A stretch of 40,685 nucleotides of DNA. It comes from an uncultured Bacillota bacterium (GTDB lineage: Bacteria > Bacillota_I > Bacilli_A > RF39 > UBA660). How positions within the stretch are numbered: the stretch's first letter is position 1; each line of letters begins with the position of its first letter. Positions 38,491 to 40,685 of this stretch are shown piece by piece. The notes below the pieces were generated by a model. That model worked only from the letters and a program-made list of their open reading frames with translations. It had not been told where the DNA came from and ran no database searches. The translations under genes were made by a program, and so were the position numbers. Location of the stretch: positions 1 to 40,685 of the forward strand of contig CALBBI010000070.1 in NCBI GenBank assembly GCA_937926935.1, in the 5' to 3' direction.

Positions 38491-39621
38491 ATGAAAGATA
38501 AAATTAATTATAAAAAAGTTAATGAAGTAGTAAGCTTAACAAGCAAAATTCTAAACCTTGTTTATATTGCCATGATAATAGGTATAATATTCATTGCTAC
38601 TTTGTTAGTAAAAGAATGGGGTATTCTAAAATTCGTTATGACCATCCTTAAAGTTGCCACACCATTCTTTATCGGGTTTGTTATCGCCTGGTTATTTAAC
38701 CCACTAGTAGTTAAACTAGAAAATAGAGGATGGAATAGAGCCGTTGCCTCTATGGTCATATTCTTAGTATTTATCCTAATTATCTTTGCCTTCTTTAGTA
38801 TGCTAATACCAACAATCTATACACAGTTAAATGATCTAATTGCCTCCCTACCAGGAATATTTAATAGTCTTAAAAACTGGATAACTAATTTTTTGAATAA
38901 CTTTAATAGTAGTGATATGGTTGATGTTGCTAGTATTGAAGCTAATATCTTTAAATCAATGGAAGATTTAGGTACTAATATAACTACTAATTTACCAAGT
39001 ATGATTATGAATGCCGTAGGAGTAGTTTTTAGTGGTCTAGGTACAATGGCTATATCCTTAGTAGTTGGACTATACTTACTATTTGATTTTAATAATGCTA
39101 CTGATCATCTACTAAAATATATCCCTAAAACTCATAAATATGAAATTGAAACTTTAATTAATCAAATGGGGGAAGAACTAAGAAAATGTGTTCGTGGTAC
39201 CCTAACTGTTGCTTGTATGGTCTTCGTTTGTGACTCCCTAGGATTCGCTCTTGCTGGTTTAAAAGCGCCCATTCTATTTGGCCTTCTATGTGGTATCACT
39301 GACCTTATTCCATACATTGGACCATATATTGGTGGTGCCGCTGCCGTAATTGTTGGGTTCTCTCAAAATCCTATGATTGGTATTATAGTATTAAGTGTTG
39401 CTGTTGTTGTTCAATTAGTTGAAAACTATGTCTTACAACCAGTAGTCATGAGTAAAACTGTTGAACTACATCCAGTTACCATTATCATTGGCTTATTAAT
39501 ATTTGGTCATTTCTTCGGTATCATTGGTATGATTCTTGCTATGCCGATAATGTCTTTAATCAAAGTCGTATATCGCTTCTTTGCTACAAAATATGATTGG
39601 TTTAATAGTGATATCTTCTAA
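38491..39621 (+). CDS. AI-2E family transporter (PerM/YrrI-like, UPF0118)
   Basis: 376 aa with about 8 TM segments. The conserved C-terminal block is GITDLIPYIGPYIGG...VENYVLQPVVMSK...HPV. Confidence 0.88.
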   Translation: MKDKINYKKVNEVVSLTSKILNLVYIAMIIGIIFIATLLVKEWGILKFVMTILKVATPFFIGFVIAWLFNPLVVKLENRGWNRAVASMVIFLVFILIIFAFFSMLIPTIYTQLNDLIASLPGIFNSLKNWITNFLNNFNSSDMVDVASIEANIFKSMEDLGTNITTNLPSMIMNAVGVVFSGLGTMAISLVVGLYLLFDFNNATDHLLKYIPKTHKYEIETLINQMGEELRKCVRGTLTVACMVFVCDSLGFALAGLKAPILFGLLCGITDLIPYIGPYIGGAAAVIVGFSQNPMIGIIVLSVAVVVQLVENYVLQPVVMSKTVELHPVTIIIGLLIFGHFFGIIGMILAMPIMSLIKVVYRFFATKYDWFNSDIF

Positions 39622-40139
39622 TGAGAATATTTATAATAGCCGGTAAATCCGGAAGTGGTAAAAATACTACCGCTAAACTAATCAAAAAATACTATGATAC
39701 TAAAGGCCAAAAGACCATGATTACTGAGTTTTCTAAATACTTAAAAATGTATGCTTATGAGTTTTTAGGTAGTTATGATGAATCTAATAAACCAAGAAAA
39801 TTTTTACAAGAACTAGGTGATGAAGTTAGAAAAATAAATAGTGATTTTCTAATCAATCGTCTAAAAGAAGATATCGAAGTTTATAAAATGTTTTATGATA
39901 ACGTTGTAATATGTGATGCTAGATTAATAAACGAAATCGAAGCTATGAAAGAATATTACTTAAATTGTACAAGTATCCACCTAGCGTCGAATAAAGAAAA
40001 TAATCTAACTGAAGAACAAAAACACCATAAAACCGAATTAGAACTTGATGCTTATCCTTATTTTGATTATAATATAGAATATGTGTTTGACGAACAACTA
40101 GAGTGTGGTGTCAAAAAAATGTTGGAGGAAGTAAAATGA
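39621..40139 (+). CDS. P-loop kinase resembling phage-type deoxynucleotide monophosphate (dNMP) kinases
   Basis: IFIIAGKSGSGKNTTAKLI (Walker A), RKFLQELGDEVR, VVICDARLINEIEAMK and HHKTE line up with T4 gp1-type dNMP kinase blocks as I recall them. The TAATG overlap with the upstream gene and the ATGA overlap with alaS indicate coupling. Confidence 0.6.
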   Translation: MRIFIIAGKSGSGKNTTAKLIKKYYDTKGQKTMITEFSKYLKMYAYEFLGSYDESNKPRKFLQELGDEVRKINSDFLINRLKEDIEVYKMFYDNVVICDARLINEIEAMKEYYLNCTSIHLASNKENNLTEEQKHHKTELELDAYPYFDYNIEYVFDEQLECGVKKMLEEVK

Positions 40140-40685
40140 ATTTAAAAGATTTATATATTAATTTTTTTATAAGCAAAGGACATAAACAAATACCAAGTGC
40201 TCCTGTTGTACCCGAAAATGACCCTAGCGTCTTATTCAATACCGCCGGAATGCAACCTTTAATTCCGTACTTAATGGGTGCTAAACATCCTTATGGTACA
40301 AGATTATGTGACTATCAAAAATGTATTAGAACTAACGACTTAGAAGAAGTAGGGGATGTAACCCATCATACTTTCTTCGAAATGCTAGGTAACTGGTCTT
40401 TAGGAGATTACTTTAAAGACGAAGCTATCTCTTGGAGTTTTGAATTCTTAACTAAAGTTTTAAATATTCCAGTTAATCGTTTAGCCGTTACTGTCTTTAA
40501 TGGTAACGATATAATTCCCTTTGACGAGGTTAGTTATAATAAATGGTTAAGTCTAGGTATTAAAAAGGAAAGAATCGCTAGAACTACTGAAGATAACTTC
40601 TGGATTGCTGGCGAAGCTGGTCCATGTGGCCCAGATACTGAGATTTTCTACTTTAGAAGTGATGATGAAATACCAGAAACCTTTG
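40136..40685 (+). CDS. alaS: Alanine--tRNA ligase, N-terminal 183 codons (continues beyond the window)
   Basis: My own translation reads MNLKDLYINFFISKGHKQIPSAPVVPENDPSVLFNTAGMQPLIPY...YQKCIRTNDLEEVGD..HHTFFEMLGNWSLGDYFK...GPCGPDTEIFY. This is the class II AlaRS catalytic core. The ORF is open to the window end, so it is not in the ORF track. Confidence 0.93.
   Translation, partial: MNLKDLYINFFISKGHKQIPSAPVVPENDPSVLFNTAGMQPLIPYLMGAKHPYGTRLCDYQKCIRTNDLEEVGDVTHHTFFEMLGNWSLGDYFKDEAISWSFEFLTKVLNIPVNRLAVTVFNGNDIIPFDEVSYNKWLSLGIKKERIARTTEDNFWIAGEAGPCGPDTEIFYFRSDDEIPETF

Noticed and set aside
1-40685. Possible Mollicutes-type genetic code (UGA = Trp), given the very low GC content and compact genome.
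   Set aside because: TGA terminates rpoB exactly at its overlap with rpoC and terminates the 39621-40139 gene at the alaS start. All conserved proteins are full length under the standard code. PBP and sporulation genes are also present.
1-40685. CRISPR arrays, insertion sequences, integrases, prophage or toxin-antitoxin modules.
   Set aside because: I found no spaced direct-repeat arrays and no transposase, recombinase or phage structural ORFs. Intergenic regions are short (under 280 nt) and explained by promoters and terminators.

Overview
This is a gene-dense, low-GC (about 30% by eye) Firmicutes-type chromosomal segment, with nearly all genes on the + strand. It uses the standard genetic code: TGA acts as a stop at rpoB (4571-4573) and at 40137-40139.

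The content is mostly core housekeeping, in this order:
- the 3' part of a tRNA-Met(CAT)
- a ybxB/rsmC-like methyltransferase, then rpoB and rpoC
- a CIRCE-controlled hrcA-grpE-dnaK-[pepF]-dnaJ cluster
- a secreted TasA-like/DUF6273-like protein plus a small partner ORF
- rpsB-tsf
- rsmH-ftsL-PBP2B (with PASTA domains)
- a MATE transporter fused to a cytidylate-kinase-like domain
- a PlsC-type acyltransferase
- two orphan ORFs, then sigG
- a small cluster of membrane protein and lipoprotein genes
- a HAD hydrolase and ylmC/ymxH
- a membrane-anchored serpin
- lspA-rluD
- a rhomboid protease
- recD2
- an unlisted 49-codon ORF
- an AAA/DUF4143 ATPase
- an AI-2E permease, a dNMP-kinase-like protein and alaS (5' part only), all translationally coupled

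The combination of sigG, ylmC and a PASTA-bearing PBP suggests a walled endospore-former, perhaps Erysipelotrichia- or Clostridia-like; this is inference only. Gene order echoes Bacillus subtilis neighbourhoods (ybxB-rpoBC; sigG...ylmC...lspA-rluD; recD2...yrrI-alaS), but strongly compacted.

I saw no rRNA, CRISPR array, transposase, integrase or prophage genes. I do not see a convincing new multi-gene system. The most unusual items are domain fusions and extensions (MATE with a kinase-like domain, S2 with a HeH motif, a His/Cys-rich GrpE N-terminus, a long anchored serpin), pepF wedged inside the dnaK operon, an RBS-sequestering hairpin at sigG, a phage-type dNMP-kinase homologue coupled to alaS, and a few orphan secreted or membrane gene clusters.
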